Positions 47,481 through 57,607 are shown, numbered from the whole stretch's first letter. The stretch is 63,989 bases of DNA, filler included, from an uncultured bacterium (GCA_964609495.1; 5 parts of 5 records of this genome joined end to end with filler, not necessarily neighbours in it); one strand, 5' to 3'. The notes: generated from the sequence alone by a model not told the origin. Numbers and translations: made by a program.

Positions 47481-48419
47481 ATGACGATTTATATCATTAG
47501 AAGGATTATCTCTATGATACCAGTGCTCTTCGGAGTAGCAACTATAACCTTCATTCTCTTTTTCATAGCTCCGGGAGATCCAGCGCGTATCCTAATGGGA
47601 CAACGCGGAGATCCGGAGACTATCGCGGCTATCAGAGCGGAGTGGGGTTTGGATGATCCCATTTACATCCAATACTTCCGCTTTATGTGGAGGATTATTA
47701 GATTAGACTTCCCTCGCTCTTTCAAGACCAGGCGAGAGGTATTACCTGCTATATGGGAGAGACTCCCCGCAACGGCAGAATTAGCTATCGCTTCTATGGT
47801 TATCGCTGTTATTTTGGGCATCAGTGCCGGGATCATCTCGGCGATTAAACAATATTCGATCTTCGATTATTCGAGTATGATCGGGGCGCTACTAGGTGTA
47901 TCAGCGCCGATCTTCTGGGTAGGGTTGCTACTGATCTACATCTTCGGCTATAAACTGCGGATAGTGCCGACCGGAGGATTTGGGAGAGGCGACATAGCTA
48001 CTAACCTCCATCATTTGATCCTACCAGCTATTACCTTGGGCTTAAGACCAGTGGCGACCATAGCTAGGTTGACGAGGAGTAGTATGTTAGAGGTTATCAG
48101 GCAAGATTACATAAAGACCGCTTACTCGAAAGGATTAAAGGGCAGGGTTGTTATCTTCAAACATGCTCTGAGGAACGCTCTCATCCCGGTGGTAACTTAC
48201 ATTGGCTTGATGTTAGCTGCTTTGCTTGGAGGAGCGATAATAACTGAAAGTGTCTTTTCGTGGCCGGGGATCGGAAAACTGGCGATAGATGCAGTGAACT
48301 CTAGGGATCTACCTCAATTAGAGGCAGTTACTATCTTCTTCGCCTCTTTATATGTATTTGCTAATCTAATAGTTGATATCTCTTACGGATTCTTAGATCC
48401 CAGGATTAGATATGATTAA
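47481..48419 (+). CDS. oppB: Peptide ABC transporter permease (OppB/DppB)
   Basis: APGDPA, GLDDP..QY, RLPATAEL, RSSMLEVIRQDYIKTAYSKGL, HALRNA, LDPRIR. Confidence 0.93.
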   Translation: MTIYIIRRIISMIPVLFGVATITFILFFIAPGDPARILMGQRGDPETIAAIRAEWGLDDPIYIQYFRFMWRIIRLDFPRSFKTRREVLPAIWERLPATAELAIASMVIAVILGISAGIISAIKQYSIFDYSSMIGALLGVSAPIFWVGLLLIYIFGYKLRIVPTGGFGRGDIATNLHHLILPAITLGLRPVATIARLTRSSMLEVIRQDYIKTAYSKGLKGRVVIFKHALRNALIPVVTYIGLMLAALLGGAIITESVFSWPGIGKLAIDAVNSRDLPQLEAVTIFFASLYVFANLIVDISYGFLDPRIRYD

Positions 48420-48439
48420 TCAGGAGGAATATTAAAAAG

Positions 48440-49645
48440 ATGGCTGTAGCAGAAGCAGAAATGAAATACAGAAATCCTAAAGTTGCGGCTGTTCTATCCT
48501 TAATCTTGCCTGGATTAGGTCAATTGTATGTGGGGAAATCCTTAAACTTGGTTTCTCTCATATCCTATATAGCTATCTGGATATTCAGTATCTTTCGCGT
48601 CTTCAACGAAGGATTGGATTTTACCAAAAATATACCCCCTAGACATGCGGTTTATCCCTATTGGCAGGCGGTGCTGTTCTTAGCCGGCTGTGCGCTGGCT
48701 ATACTGATCTATAGCGCAGTCGATGCTTATCGCTCGGCAGTGAGGTTCAATAATCCTATCTTAGAGAAGGAGTTGGGAAGGAGCCTCTGGACCGATGCTT
48801 GGATCAGGTTGAGGAGGAATAAGCTCGCGATTCTGGGAATGTGGCTAGTTGTCCTTTTGGTGACTGTGGCTAATTTAGCTCCCTATCTCTCCCCCCATGA
48901 TCCTATAGATATCCCCACTAAGGTCATAAAGCAGAGGGTTAGAGAGGGACAGTATCCTCCTTTTCCTCCGGACGCTACCTTTCCCTTGGGAACCGATGAT
49001 GTGGGGAGGTGTATCTTAAGCCGTATAATCTGGGGCTCGCGAATATCGCTTATGATTGGTATCCTAGCTCAAGTCATCTCCGTGATTATTGGAGTGTTAA
49101 TCGGAGCTTTGGCTGGATACTACAACAAACTTGATAATTTGCTTATGCGACTCACCGATGTCTTTATGGCTTTCCCCTTTGTGCTCTTCGTAATCGTCCT
49201 AGTCAACGTATTGGGACCTAGCTTATGGACAGTGATGTGGGCTATTGGTGTCTTGGGATGGATGGGGACAGCTAGAATCGTTCGTGGTCAGATACTCTCC
49301 CTTAAGGAGAAGGAATTCACCGAGGCGGCTCGGGCTTTGGGTGATGGCGATTGGCGTATAATCTGGAAGCATATTCTCCCTAATACCCTCTCCCCGATCA
49401 TCGTTTATGCTACTCTAGGAGTTGGTGGCGTGATTATGACCGAGGCGGCTCTATCCTTCCTAGGTATGGGGACTCAGCCTCCTACCCCTAGCTGGGGCTT
49501 AATGGTCAATCAAGGTAGAAGTTACTTAGCTCCTGCCCCTTGGATATCGATCACCCCTGGAATAGCTATTATGCTGGTGGTCTTTGGATTTAACCTCTTC
49601 GGGGACGGTCTGAGAGATGCTCTAGATCCAAGGTTAAAGCATTGA
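48440..49645 (+). CDS. oppC: Peptide ABC transporter permease (OppC/DppC) with extra N-terminal membrane domain
   Basis: LGTDDVGR, ARIVRGQ, EFTEAARALG, HILPN, GDGLRDALDPR. Confidence 0.92.
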   Translation: MAVAEAEMKYRNPKVAAVLSLILPGLGQLYVGKSLNLVSLISYIAIWIFSIFRVFNEGLDFTKNIPPRHAVYPYWQAVLFLAGCALAILIYSAVDAYRSAVRFNNPILEKELGRSLWTDAWIRLRRNKLAILGMWLVVLLVTVANLAPYLSPHDPIDIPTKVIKQRVREGQYPPFPPDATFPLGTDDVGRCILSRIIWGSRISLMIGILAQVISVIIGVLIGALAGYYNKLDNLLMRLTDVFMAFPFVLFVIVLVNVLGPSLWTVMWAIGVLGWMGTARIVRGQILSLKEKEFTEAARALGDGDWRIIWKHILPNTLSPIIVYATLGVGGVIMTEAALSFLGMGTQPPTPSWGLMVNQGRSYLAPAPWISITPGIAIMLVVFGFNLFGDGLRDALDPRLKH

Positions 49646-49653
49646 GGTGAAAA

Positions 49654-50361
49654 ATGAAATACAGAGAGGAAATGATCTCTATTCTGAAGAGGGCGAAACT
49701 TTTCCTTCTAGCTTTCTTATTCCTACTAGTGATAGTAGTGTTGCTGGGCGGATGTGTCACTGCTGACAGAACTTTTGGCACTAGTCAGTTGGGCAATAGG
49801 ACTCAGGCAAGAGGTATGAAGGTACAGAGCGATGTTAAGGCTCCCCTCTCCTTTCTCCAGAAGGTAGCGATCTTCAAGATCGCGGATAAAAGGGGTAGAT
49901 CTATTCAGTACCCTAAAGCGGCTAGCGAATTTCGGGCGACTTTAGTTGCAACTATAGACAGATACGAGAATCTCAGAGTGATAGATGAAGAAATCACCGG
50001 CAAAGTTTGGAAGGAGTATGCGAGCAGAAGCAAGTTAGGTGCTTCTGATACTATGAAGATGAGGGATATCTTAGGAGTCGATTGTGTGATTACGGGTTCT
50101 CTACGAGAATATAAGGCTTATAAGCCATCTCTCTTCGATAAGCGAGTCATAACTTTAATCGAGGTCGAACTCGCCATCAGGGAGACTAGGGGAGGAGAGA
50201 TCCTATGGAGTGATATCCTTCGTTCCGCTAGGTTACTGGATGTAGGAGATACTGATTTGTCTCAGGCGAAGGGGTTAGAGTGGGCGGCTCTAAAGGAAAG
50301 TGAAAGAGAGATAGCGAATTATGTGGTGGGTTTGTTTCGGATGTGGTCTTCTTCAGAATAG
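49654..50361 (+). CDS. Putative lipoprotein (CsgG/LpoB-like fold)
   Basis: LLGGC lipobox; KVAIF, LGVDCVITGSL, GEILWS. Confidence 0.6.
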   Translation: MKYREEMISILKRAKLFLLAFLFLLVIVVLLGGCVTADRTFGTSQLGNRTQARGMKVQSDVKAPLSFLQKVAIFKIADKRGRSIQYPKAASEFRATLVATIDRYENLRVIDEEITGKVWKEYASRSKLGASDTMKMRDILGVDCVITGSLREYKAYKPSLFDKRVITLIEVELAIRETRGGEILWSDILRSARLLDVGDTDLSQAKGLEWAALKESEREIANYVVGLFRMWSSSE

Positions 50362-50380
50362 AAAATAGGAGGGATATAAT

Positions 50381-50860
50381 ATGAGAAAAGTCGTTATAGT
50401 TATTATGTTGGGGGTATTGCTACTATCCGTAGGCTGTGAGATAATCATCCCGGATGGTCTTATACCTCCTCCAAAAGCTCGATTGAGTGTGACCTTTAAT
50501 CCTAATCCAGTTCGTTATGCTAAATGGGATTTTAATCACTGGAATTGGGCTTGGAGTTCGGAGATAACTCTCTTTGAGACAGGAGGGGTGGATGTAGATT
50601 TAGAAAATGTCCAGTTAAGATACTATGAGGATGGTAAGTTCATCGAGGAGCTAAATACCAATCCTCGAGATTATTTCAGTACTACACGTATCTATGCCAA
50701 CACTAGTATCAAGGGCGACTTGTATATAATTTGGGTAGGATCAAGCGTCCTCTTACCCTACAAGATCGATATCTATATAACTATAACGGGAAGAGATCGA
50801 AATGGAAATATGGTCTCTGTAACAGAGATTTTGGAGTGCTACGGGTCTTACATATTATAA
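50381..50860 (+). CDS. Hypothetical lipoprotein
   Basis: LSVGC lipobox; GGAGG RBS; beta-rich sequence. Confidence 0.65.
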   Translation: MRKVVIVIMLGVLLLSVGCEIIIPDGLIPPPKARLSVTFNPNPVRYAKWDFNHWNWAWSSEITLFETGGVDVDLENVQLRYYEDGKFIEELNTNPRDYFSTTRIYANTSIKGDLYIIWVGSSVLLPYKIDIYITITGRDRNGNMVSVTEILECYGSYIL

Positions 50861-50987
50861 TAGTTGAGGGAGCTAAGACAATAGGATTTTATGGGAGAAG
50901 GGGAGTGGTAAATACCGATACCGAAAAAGATGTGACGTGGTTATCTATAGGCTTTGAAGTTGGAGTAGCTGAGGAGAAAGTCGAATA

Positions 50988-52580
50988 ATGGTTAAGAAAT
51001 TACGGGTATATCTCCCTCCTATAACCATCCTCATCATCGCCTTTGCCTATCTCTTTTTATTCTTCAACAAGAGGATCAACCTGTTAGATGAGGGATTATC
51101 CCTCTATGCCTCGGAGAGGATTCTGAAGGGGCAAGTTCCCTACAGAGATTTCTTCGTTATGGTCACCCCTGGAACGTTCTATTTTCAAGCTTTGCTCTTC
51201 AAGATATTCGGATCAAGTGTGATCTTGGGAAGGTGGATCGTGCTTATCGAAGGAGCATTGACTACCATGCTCCTCTATCTAGTGGCGAAGAGGGTAAATT
51301 CCATCATATATGCCGCGCTGGGAGCGATACTCTTTCTCCTCTGGGAATTTCCTCAGTGGATGTCAACCAATTACTCCTGGTATGGCATAATCCTTGCCCT
51401 ATTAGTTATCCTATCCCTAAGCGCCTATCTCGTGAAGCAAAACTATCACTGGCTTCTCCTAGCCAGTATCCTCGCTGGATTGACGGCGTTTTTCAAGCAG
51501 AATATGGGATTTTTCTCCGCGCTTACGATCTTTCTCATCATTATATTGAGGAGGATAATCCTCGCTTTTAGGGAGACGAATCCTCCTTTAGCGGAGGAGA
51601 CTCAATTTAAGGGATTTCTGAAGGAGATAGGATATTTAGCCCTGGGTATTTTGATAATCTTCATTCCCCTCATCATCTATATGGTGAGCAAAGGCGCATT
51701 ATTGGTGATGTTCAAAGATGCTGTCTATTATCCTACTTTCCTCTATAAAGAGGGGGCGGCTTTGCCCTTCCCCGAATTGCTTCCCATCAGAGCGGAATCT
51801 GTCTTGTCCTATCTGCCACTCATCACCTATCCACTTACCGCTCTAATCGTGATTATTCGAGTGATCCTCAAGCTAAATACCGAGAGGGATATAGAGTTAG
51901 TGATGCTCGCTATCTTTGGCTCCCTCTTCTTTCTCGCCTCCTTCCCTCGCGCTGACTTTATTCACGTATCCTTTGGAATTATGCCCCTCTTTATCCTCTT
52001 CCCCTATCTTCTCAACTGGATCTTCGATATGTTAAGCACCGGTTTGAGTTGGTTGTTCAAAGCCGAAGAGGGAGCAAAGCTTAGGATAATCCAAGTGGTG
52101 GTAGTGATGCTGACTCTGATCGGTCCTGCTTTTCTTGTGAGAGATGGGATTGTGATTAATCAAGAGAGATACAAATGGCAACAAGCTTCGATATCAGATG
52201 TAAACAGGGCTGGTGATATATATCTGAGCCATTACGATGCGCTCAAAATCAGAACGATAGTAAGCTTTATAAGGGAGAATACTAAACCAGAAGACCCCAT
52301 CTTTGTCGTTCCCTGGGCAGTTATGTTCTACTTTCTAACGGAGAGAGATAATCCTACTCGCTGGGATCTAATCATACCCACTAGTTTGTTCAACTTAGAT
52401 GAGATCATAGCAACCTTAGAGGAGGTTAAGCCCCGTTATGTGATCTGGGGCTATGAGTGGGATGTGGATGGGAAGAAATTTGAGGTTTACGCTCAAAAAC
52501 TCGCTAAGTATATCTTCGATAATTATGATACGGTGGAGTTCACCAATAAATATGAGATATTAGAGCGGACTTCCGATTAA
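50988..52580 (+). CDS. GT-C fold glycosyltransferase (ArnT/PMT-like)
   Basis: DEG after first TM, GQVPYRDF, FKQNMG; many TM helices. Confidence 0.8.
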   Translation: MVKKLRVYLPPITILIIAFAYLFLFFNKRINLLDEGLSLYASERILKGQVPYRDFFVMVTPGTFYFQALLFKIFGSSVILGRWIVLIEGALTTMLLYLVAKRVNSIIYAALGAILFLLWEFPQWMSTNYSWYGIILALLVILSLSAYLVKQNYHWLLLASILAGLTAFFKQNMGFFSALTIFLIIILRRIILAFRETNPPLAEETQFKGFLKEIGYLALGILIIFIPLIIYMVSKGALLVMFKDAVYYPTFLYKEGAALPFPELLPIRAESVLSYLPLITYPLTALIVIIRVILKLNTERDIELVMLAIFGSLFFLASFPRADFIHVSFGIMPLFILFPYLLNWIFDMLSTGLSWLFKAEEGAKLRIIQVVVVMLTLIGPAFLVRDGIVINQERYKWQQASISDVNRAGDIYLSHYDALKIRTIVSFIRENTKPEDPIFVVPWAVMFYFLTERDNPTRWDLIIPTSLFNLDEIIATLEEVKPRYVIWGYEWDVDGKKFEVYAQKLAKYIFDNYDTVEFTNKYEILERTSD

Positions 52581-52596
52581 AAAGAAGGTGAAATAG

Positions 52597-53145
52597 ATGC
52601 CGCTAATAGCGATCTATTTGATACCGATAGGCGAAATAGAGCCAGATATTATGGAATATCTATCCTCCGCTTTAGAGGAAAAATTCAAAGTCGAGTGTTC
52701 ATTAGGAAAACCCCTGGAAGAGCCTGATTACGCTTATAATCGGAGGAGAAAGCAATATCTCTCCTCACCGATCTTGGATGAATTAAGAAAGAAGAAACCT
52801 CCCAAGGCCTCCTATGTATTAGGAGTAATTGACAAGGATTTGTTCGTCCCTCCGCTCAATTTCATCTTTGGTGAAGCGGATATGATAGATAAAGTGGCTA
52901 TAATCTCTTTGACTAGATTAAGGCAGGAGTTCTACGGAAATCCCGAGGATGAGGCTCTCTTCAAGCTGAGGGCATTGAAAGAGGCGGTCCATGAGCTAGG
53001 ACATACCTTCGGCTTGAGACATTGTCCTAATCCCACTTGTGTGATGCACTTCTCCAATAGTCTAGCGGATACGGATATTAAAGCCGACGATTTCTGTCCA
53101 GATTGTCGGAGTAAAGTGGAATTTTTATTTGGGGAAGAAAGATAG
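52597..53145 (+). CDS. amzA: Archaemetzincin zinc metalloprotease
   Basis: HELGHTFGLRHCPNPTCVMHFSNS...FCPDC; LNFIFGEA. Confidence 0.93.
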   Translation: MPLIAIYLIPIGEIEPDIMEYLSSALEEKFKVECSLGKPLEEPDYAYNRRRKQYLSSPILDELRKKKPPKASYVLGVIDKDLFVPPLNFIFGEADMIDKVAIISLTRLRQEFYGNPEDEALFKLRALKEAVHELGHTFGLRHCPNPTCVMHFSNSLADTDIKADDFCPDCRSKVEFLFGEER

Positions 53146-53174
53146 CTATCATAATCCCTCACCAGATAGATTCG

Positions 53175-54413
53175 CTAAGAGTACCTCAAAGCCTCAACTG
53201 GCTCTAAGTTAGAGGCTACAATAGCTGGATAAAGGCTGGATAATAGAGATACCCCTAAAGCAGAGAGGAAAGGGAAGGCGATATAAGTTAGGGTGATATA
53301 AGGGTAAATAGTGGCAGCTATCCCTCCTCCAGGAGGGATAAAAGTTATCCCCCTCATTCCTAAATACTCTACGATGAGTGATCCAACTAGAGACCCGATG
53401 ATTGCTCCTATAAGCCCTATAACTAGAGCTTCCAACATAAAGAGCCTCCTGATTTCTCTCCTATCGATCCCCATAGACATAAGTAACCCGATCTCCCTGG
53501 TCCTCTCGAAGACTGCCATCAACATTGTGTTTATGATGCTAGTCGCTACTACTATGAAGAGGACGAGAGCTATCGCTCCAAGCACCATCTTTTGAATGGA
53601 GATAACTGTTACAAAGAAGGGAGCTATATCCTTCCAAGAATCAGCCTCTAGGTTCATACCAGCACCTTTAATTTTGTCCCTAAGTTTCTCCATCACCTGA
53701 TCTACCTTATTTGGATCCTTAATTCCGATTGCTATCTCGGTAACCTGATCTTCCATATCCAGCAGGATTTGAGCTTGCGTTAAATTAGCATAGAGCAAAT
53801 TAGCTGGAGCAAATAGAGAATTAACATCAAGCAGTCCAGCTATGATAAAATCAAGGGCATTTATCGCTTCACTAGAGGTATAGGTTACCAAAGTCAAGGT
53901 ATCACCGATCTCGACATTTAAACTATCCGCTAGATCCTTAGAGATGAGAATGGTATTTGGCTTATCATCCTCTAGGTAATCGCCCTCTGTTACCATCTCC
54001 TTCTCTTTATAAAGAACCTCTCCCTCTCGGCTGGGCTGGATTGCTATTCCTATAAAGGGTATGGTATCCTCTCCATTGCTGACCATTCCATTGAATTTGA
54101 TGCGAGAGGCTATCTGCCCTACATCTCTTAGGCTATATATCAATTTCTCTACTTCCTCTAAATTCTCGATGGGCATATCAAGAGGTAATTTCTGCAACTC
54201 CTTCATATACCCAGCAGTATGCACTTGGATATCACCAGTAGTGGTTCCAGTGATCATATCGATTATTCCCCCGTGCAATCCTCCCATAAAACCTCGGACT
54301 ACAAGGGTAGTTACTACTCCAATAAATATAGCTAATATAGTAATTATAGTTCTTCGCTTATTCCGCCAGACATTCCTGAAAGCTATCTTGAAAAAGATAC
54401 TCATAACTTTCAC
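53175..54413 (-). CDS. FtsX/MacB/LolE-family ABC permease
   Basis: AFRNVWRNKRRT, NTMLMAVFERTREIG, LYPA..PVEALR. Confidence 0.9.
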   Translation of the reverse strand: MKVMSIFFKIAFRNVWRNKRRTIITILAIFIGVVTTLVVRGFMGGLHGGIIDMITGTTTGDIQVHTAGYMKELQKLPLDMPIENLEEVEKLIYSLRDVGQIASRIKFNGMVSNGEDTIPFIGIAIQPSREGEVLYKEKEMVTEGDYLEDDKPNTILISKDLADSLNVEIGDTLTLVTYTSSEAINALDFIIAGLLDVNSLFAPANLLYANLTQAQILLDMEDQVTEIAIGIKDPNKVDQVMEKLRDKIKGAGMNLEADSWKDIAPFFVTVISIQKMVLGAIALVLFIVVATSIINTMLMAVFERTREIGLLMSMGIDRREIRRLFMLEALVIGLIGAIIGSLVGSLIVEYLGMRGITFIPPGGGIAATIYPYITLTYIAFPFLSALGVSLLSSLYPAIVASNLEPVEALRYS

Positions 54414-54435
54414 ATCCTTTTCCTTTAAAAGCTGA

Positions 54436-54467
54436 GACTCCCTTCAGCTTATGTGCCGAAGGAAGTC
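54436..54467 (-). terminator. 13-bp hairpin between hydrolase and permease genes
   Basis: Minus strand GACTTCCTTCGGC-ACATAA-GCTGAAGGGAGTC (two G-U pairs). Confidence 0.45.
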
Positions 54468-54505
54468 CTTTAGCTATATTAGCATATAGAGCAAATTCCT
54501 TACAA

Positions 54506-56206
54506 CTACTTTAACGTTTCCTTCAACCACTCGATCATCGTATTCAAGACGTCCTCGCTCACCTTTCTGCTAGTGTCAAGATAAGATGCTACTGTGGATT
54601 CCCCCTCTACATACTTAAAGAGATGATCGAGATTGGGGAAGATAGCGATCTTGTGAGGTTTGCCCGCTTCGTTTAGAGCCTGAGCCAACATTTTCGCATC
54701 CTTGTCAACGAGAACTTGGAAATCCTTCTCTCCCTGAAGGATGAGAACATCCGCGTTCACCTGAACGATGGTCTCTAAGGGATTATGGTTTATATGCTCC
54801 CGCCACCAAGCGGCTAGAGGGATGGGCTGATCGTTCAGAGTATCCTCGCCCTCCCGAATAGCCTCCAGCATCTCCTTTTGAAGCTCAATACCCTCTTGGA
54901 TCAACTTCTCATCATCTATCCCGCTTATAGCATAAGCATAGCGAACCTGATCTTCAACCACTTCATCCAGAGGACGGGCAGTTCCAGCCATCAGCACGAT
55001 AGCTTTTATCATCGGATCACGAGCGGAGACTATAGGAGCGATGATGCCACCTTCACTATGCCCTACTAGAGCTATGCGGTTCATATCTATACCAGGCTGA
55101 CTTCGCATAAATCTCACCGCCGCTTGGACATCATTTACCAGATCAGTGAGAGTAGCCTTAGAATAATTTCCAGTGCTCTCTCCGATACCGCGCTTATCAT
55201 AGCGAAGGACGGCAAATCCTGCCTTCGAGAGGGCATCAGCGATTTCCGCAAAGACGTTGAGCTTTAACCCTCCCGGAACATTCTCGTCTCGATCTACTGG
55301 ACCGGATCCATGGATTAAGATCACTCCAGGGGGCAATATCTCCCCTTCGGGGATCGTTAAAGTCCCCGCCAGAGTAACTCCATCACTTGTGAAGGTGACT
55401 TCCTTAGCGGTATATCCTTCAGGGATGATCTCTTCTTCCTCCTCCTCAGCTCTTTCCAAAGGAGCTATCTCCGCTACCTTTTCGCCTACTTCTATTCTTT
55501 CCAGTTTAGTTTCCATTGTGCCTCGGACAGTCTCCGATATGCTTTGGAGGATATATGGCTCATCCAAACTATACCAGTTGGTGCCCTTCACATTAAAGCT
55601 ATCAAATTCCCATTTCATAGCCGCAAAATCTCCCGCGGGAGTGGAGATGGTCTCCTCTCCGATGAACTTATAGGTGGTAGGTCCCATCCCCACCACTTTG
55701 ATCGTATATTCCTTGCTCTCCTCCAATTCCCGAGTAAGGGGAAGGATATCAGCAGTGATGCTATCGACTATCCCCTCTCCGAGTTCCTCTTCAACCGTTA
55801 TCTTATTCTCCCCCATCTGCTGGGTGATGAAGATTTTACCTGTCTTATAATCAAACTCATACGTAACTTTAACCTGCTGAATCTTTACATCCTGATCTAT
55901 TAGATAGAGGATAGGCTTCATATCCTCAAGCTCGATAGTTACCTTTTCTGTTACTTTGCTTCCAGGAGGGAGACCAGGCATACTATCGAAGGTCTGCAAT
56001 CTTGATATATCCAATACTTGTTTACCATCTTCCTCTCGTGGCTCTCCAAAGGTTAAAACGAAGATGCCGATCTCTTCTCCATCTAAGAGTATAATATAGT
56101 GAAAGGACTTACCAAAAGGTAGCTCGGCAGACCAACCTACAGTCGAGGTTAAAACCACAGCAAATATCGTTATTACAAGAATGATGATCTTTTCTCTGGT
56201 ATTCAT
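54506..56206 (-). CDS. Secreted alpha/beta hydrolase with N-terminal DUF3108-like domain
   Basis: IHGSGPVDRDE, RYDKRG, GHSEGG nucleophile elbow, GEKDFQV, LDHLF. Confidence 0.88.
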   Translation of the reverse strand: MNTREKIIILVITIFAVVLTSTVGWSAELPFGKSFHYIILLDGEEIGIFVLTFGEPREEDGKQVLDISRLQTFDSMPGLPPGSKVTEKVTIELEDMKPILYLIDQDVKIQQVKVTYEFDYKTGKIFITQQMGENKITVEEELGEGIVDSITADILPLTRELEESKEYTIKVVGMGPTTYKFIGEETISTPAGDFAAMKWEFDSFNVKGTNWYSLDEPYILQSISETVRGTMETKLERIEVGEKVAEIAPLERAEEEEEEIIPEGYTAKEVTFTSDGVTLAGTLTIPEGEILPPGVILIHGSGPVDRDENVPGGLKLNVFAEIADALSKAGFAVLRYDKRGIGESTGNYSKATLTDLVNDVQAAVRFMRSQPGIDMNRIALVGHSEGGIIAPIVSARDPMIKAIVLMAGTARPLDEVVEDQVRYAYAISGIDDEKLIQEGIELQKEMLEAIREGEDTLNDQPIPLAAWWREHINHNPLETIVQVNADVLILQGEKDFQVLVDKDAKMLAQALNEAGKPHKIAIFPNLDHLFKYVEGESTVASYLDTSRKVSEDVLNTMIEWLKETLK

Positions 56207-56811
56207 AGCTTCTCCTCCTTATAACGTTTTTCTAGAATCTGGTAAACTGGTTCTCCAGTTATCTGCTCTATCTCTGAGCAGATAAGCAAAGCTCTCTTTT
56301 CATTCTCATCTATCCAACTTGGCCACTTTCCATCTTTATCCTTATATTTATCTCTAAGACCCTCAACCCTCTCCTCTATAGTAACTAGATCATATCGTAT
56401 CATAGTATCTGCCAAAGCTACTATCTTCTCTTCTAGCGTTAATCTGCTATAGTTATCATCTTTAAGCTTTGCCAAGTCCTCATCTGAGAACATACCTTCT
56501 GCAACAGCTTCGACTGGTGAGCGTCCCTTCAGGACATGAACTAGAGAGACCCGAGCTAGCTCATAATAACCAAGCTCATTAAGGATCAGATATCCCTCTA
56601 ATCCATGCAAGGAGGGGTGATGTGTTCTGCATCTTCCTATATCGTGAAGAAGTCCAGCTATCTCCACAAACTCAATGTCTATTGGATATCCCCTCTTGTG
56701 GATCTCACAAGCTATGATTCGTGAGGCTCGAGAAACTGCTAAACAGTGCTTATATACCGCATCGGAAGGGATAGAATCTTCCAGCAATCGAAGCGCCTCT
56801 TGATAATTCAT
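56203..56811 (-). CDS. HD-domain phosphohydrolase (HDIG)
   Basis: HCLAV, LLHDIG, HGLEG, EEKIVALAD. Confidence 0.88.
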   Translation of the reverse strand: MNYQEALRLLEDSIPSDAVYKHCLAVSRASRIIACEIHKRGYPIDIEFVEIAGLLHDIGRCRTHHPSLHGLEGYLILNELGYYELARVSLVHVLKGRSPVEAVAEGMFSDEDLAKLKDDNYSRLTLEEKIVALADTMIRYDLVTIEERVEGLRDKYKDKDGKWPSWIDENEKRALLICSEIEQITGEPVYQILEKRYKEEKL

Positions 56812-56842
56812 TGTTGGACTCCATCCTCCTTGAACTTTCGGA

Positions 56843-57340
56843 TCAATCCCAGGGAACATATACAACAGCAGCTATACAAGAGCCAAACATATTCTCACTT
56901 ACTTCCATAGTATCCACTTTAGTATAAGCCTCTTCAACCACTAATCCTCTTATTTCAGCCATGCGATCCAATTTTCTCATCAACTCATTCTCCAGATACT
57001 TCTCGCTCTTATGCCCATGCTCCTCAGCCACGATGCCGAAGCGTCCGGTTCCATCCTTTCGCTGACACCAGGCCCAACCTACTCCCGCCCCGATTAAATC
57101 TCCAGATGATCCTTCTTGATGAACTAGGACTAGGAAGGTTATCGTTCCCGGAGCTATCTCAACTGGTTCAACTTCCTCAGCCTCGGAAGGGATTATAGAT
57201 GATATCGGGATAAGGTTACATTGAGCGATCCCGCCCTCCATCAGAGCCTTATCGAAGGCATTCAGGGCTGACTCCTCGTGTTCGGCATGACCGGTTACGA
57301 CAAAGAACTGTTTCGGCAGGAATCTACCTCCTATTGGCAT
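56843..57340 (-). CDS. pdaD: Pyruvoyl-dependent arginine decarboxylase
   Basis: NAFDKAL..GIAQCNLIPISSIIP (Ser-Ser self-cleavage site); CIAAVVY. Confidence 0.88.
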   Translation of the reverse strand: MPIGGRFLPKQFFVVTGHAEHEESALNAFDKALMEGGIAQCNLIPISSIIPSEAEEVEPVEIAPGTITFLVLVHQEGSSGDLIGAGVGWAWCQRKDGTGRFGIVAEEHGHKSEKYLENELMRKLDRMAEIRGLVVEEAYTKVDTMEVSENMFGSCIAAVVYVPWD

Positions 57341-57427
57341 CAAACTTCACTCTCCTTCTTATAGTTTGGTTTTTGAAATATTAATAGTAATATTGAAGAT
57401 TCTTCTCCTGTTAGATCTCGAGCCTCT

Positions 57428-57444
57428 CTTAAATCACCCTCCCC
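57428..57444 (-). repeat. Family A repeat end, truncated at contig break
   Basis: TTAAATCACCCTCCCC followed by Ns. Confidence 0.6.
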
Positions 57445-57544
57445 NNNNNNNNNNNNNNNNNNNNNNNNNNNNNNNNNNNNNNNNNNNNTTAATTAATTAA
57501 NNNNNNNNNNNNNNNNNNNNNNNNNNNNNNNNNNNNNNNNNNNN
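57445..57544. other. Artificial contig linker
   Basis: N44-TTAATTAATTAA-N44. Confidence 0.97.
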
Positions 57545-57607
57545 ATTAAAATAAAAAGACTCGAAGATCTACTACTGATCCTCGAGCCTTAGCTAATTCT
57601 CCTTATC

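Noticed and set aside
1-57444. Family A/B repeats as a CRISPR array
   Set aside because: Copies are dispersed singly between genes, with no regular repeat-spacer cadence and no cas genes.
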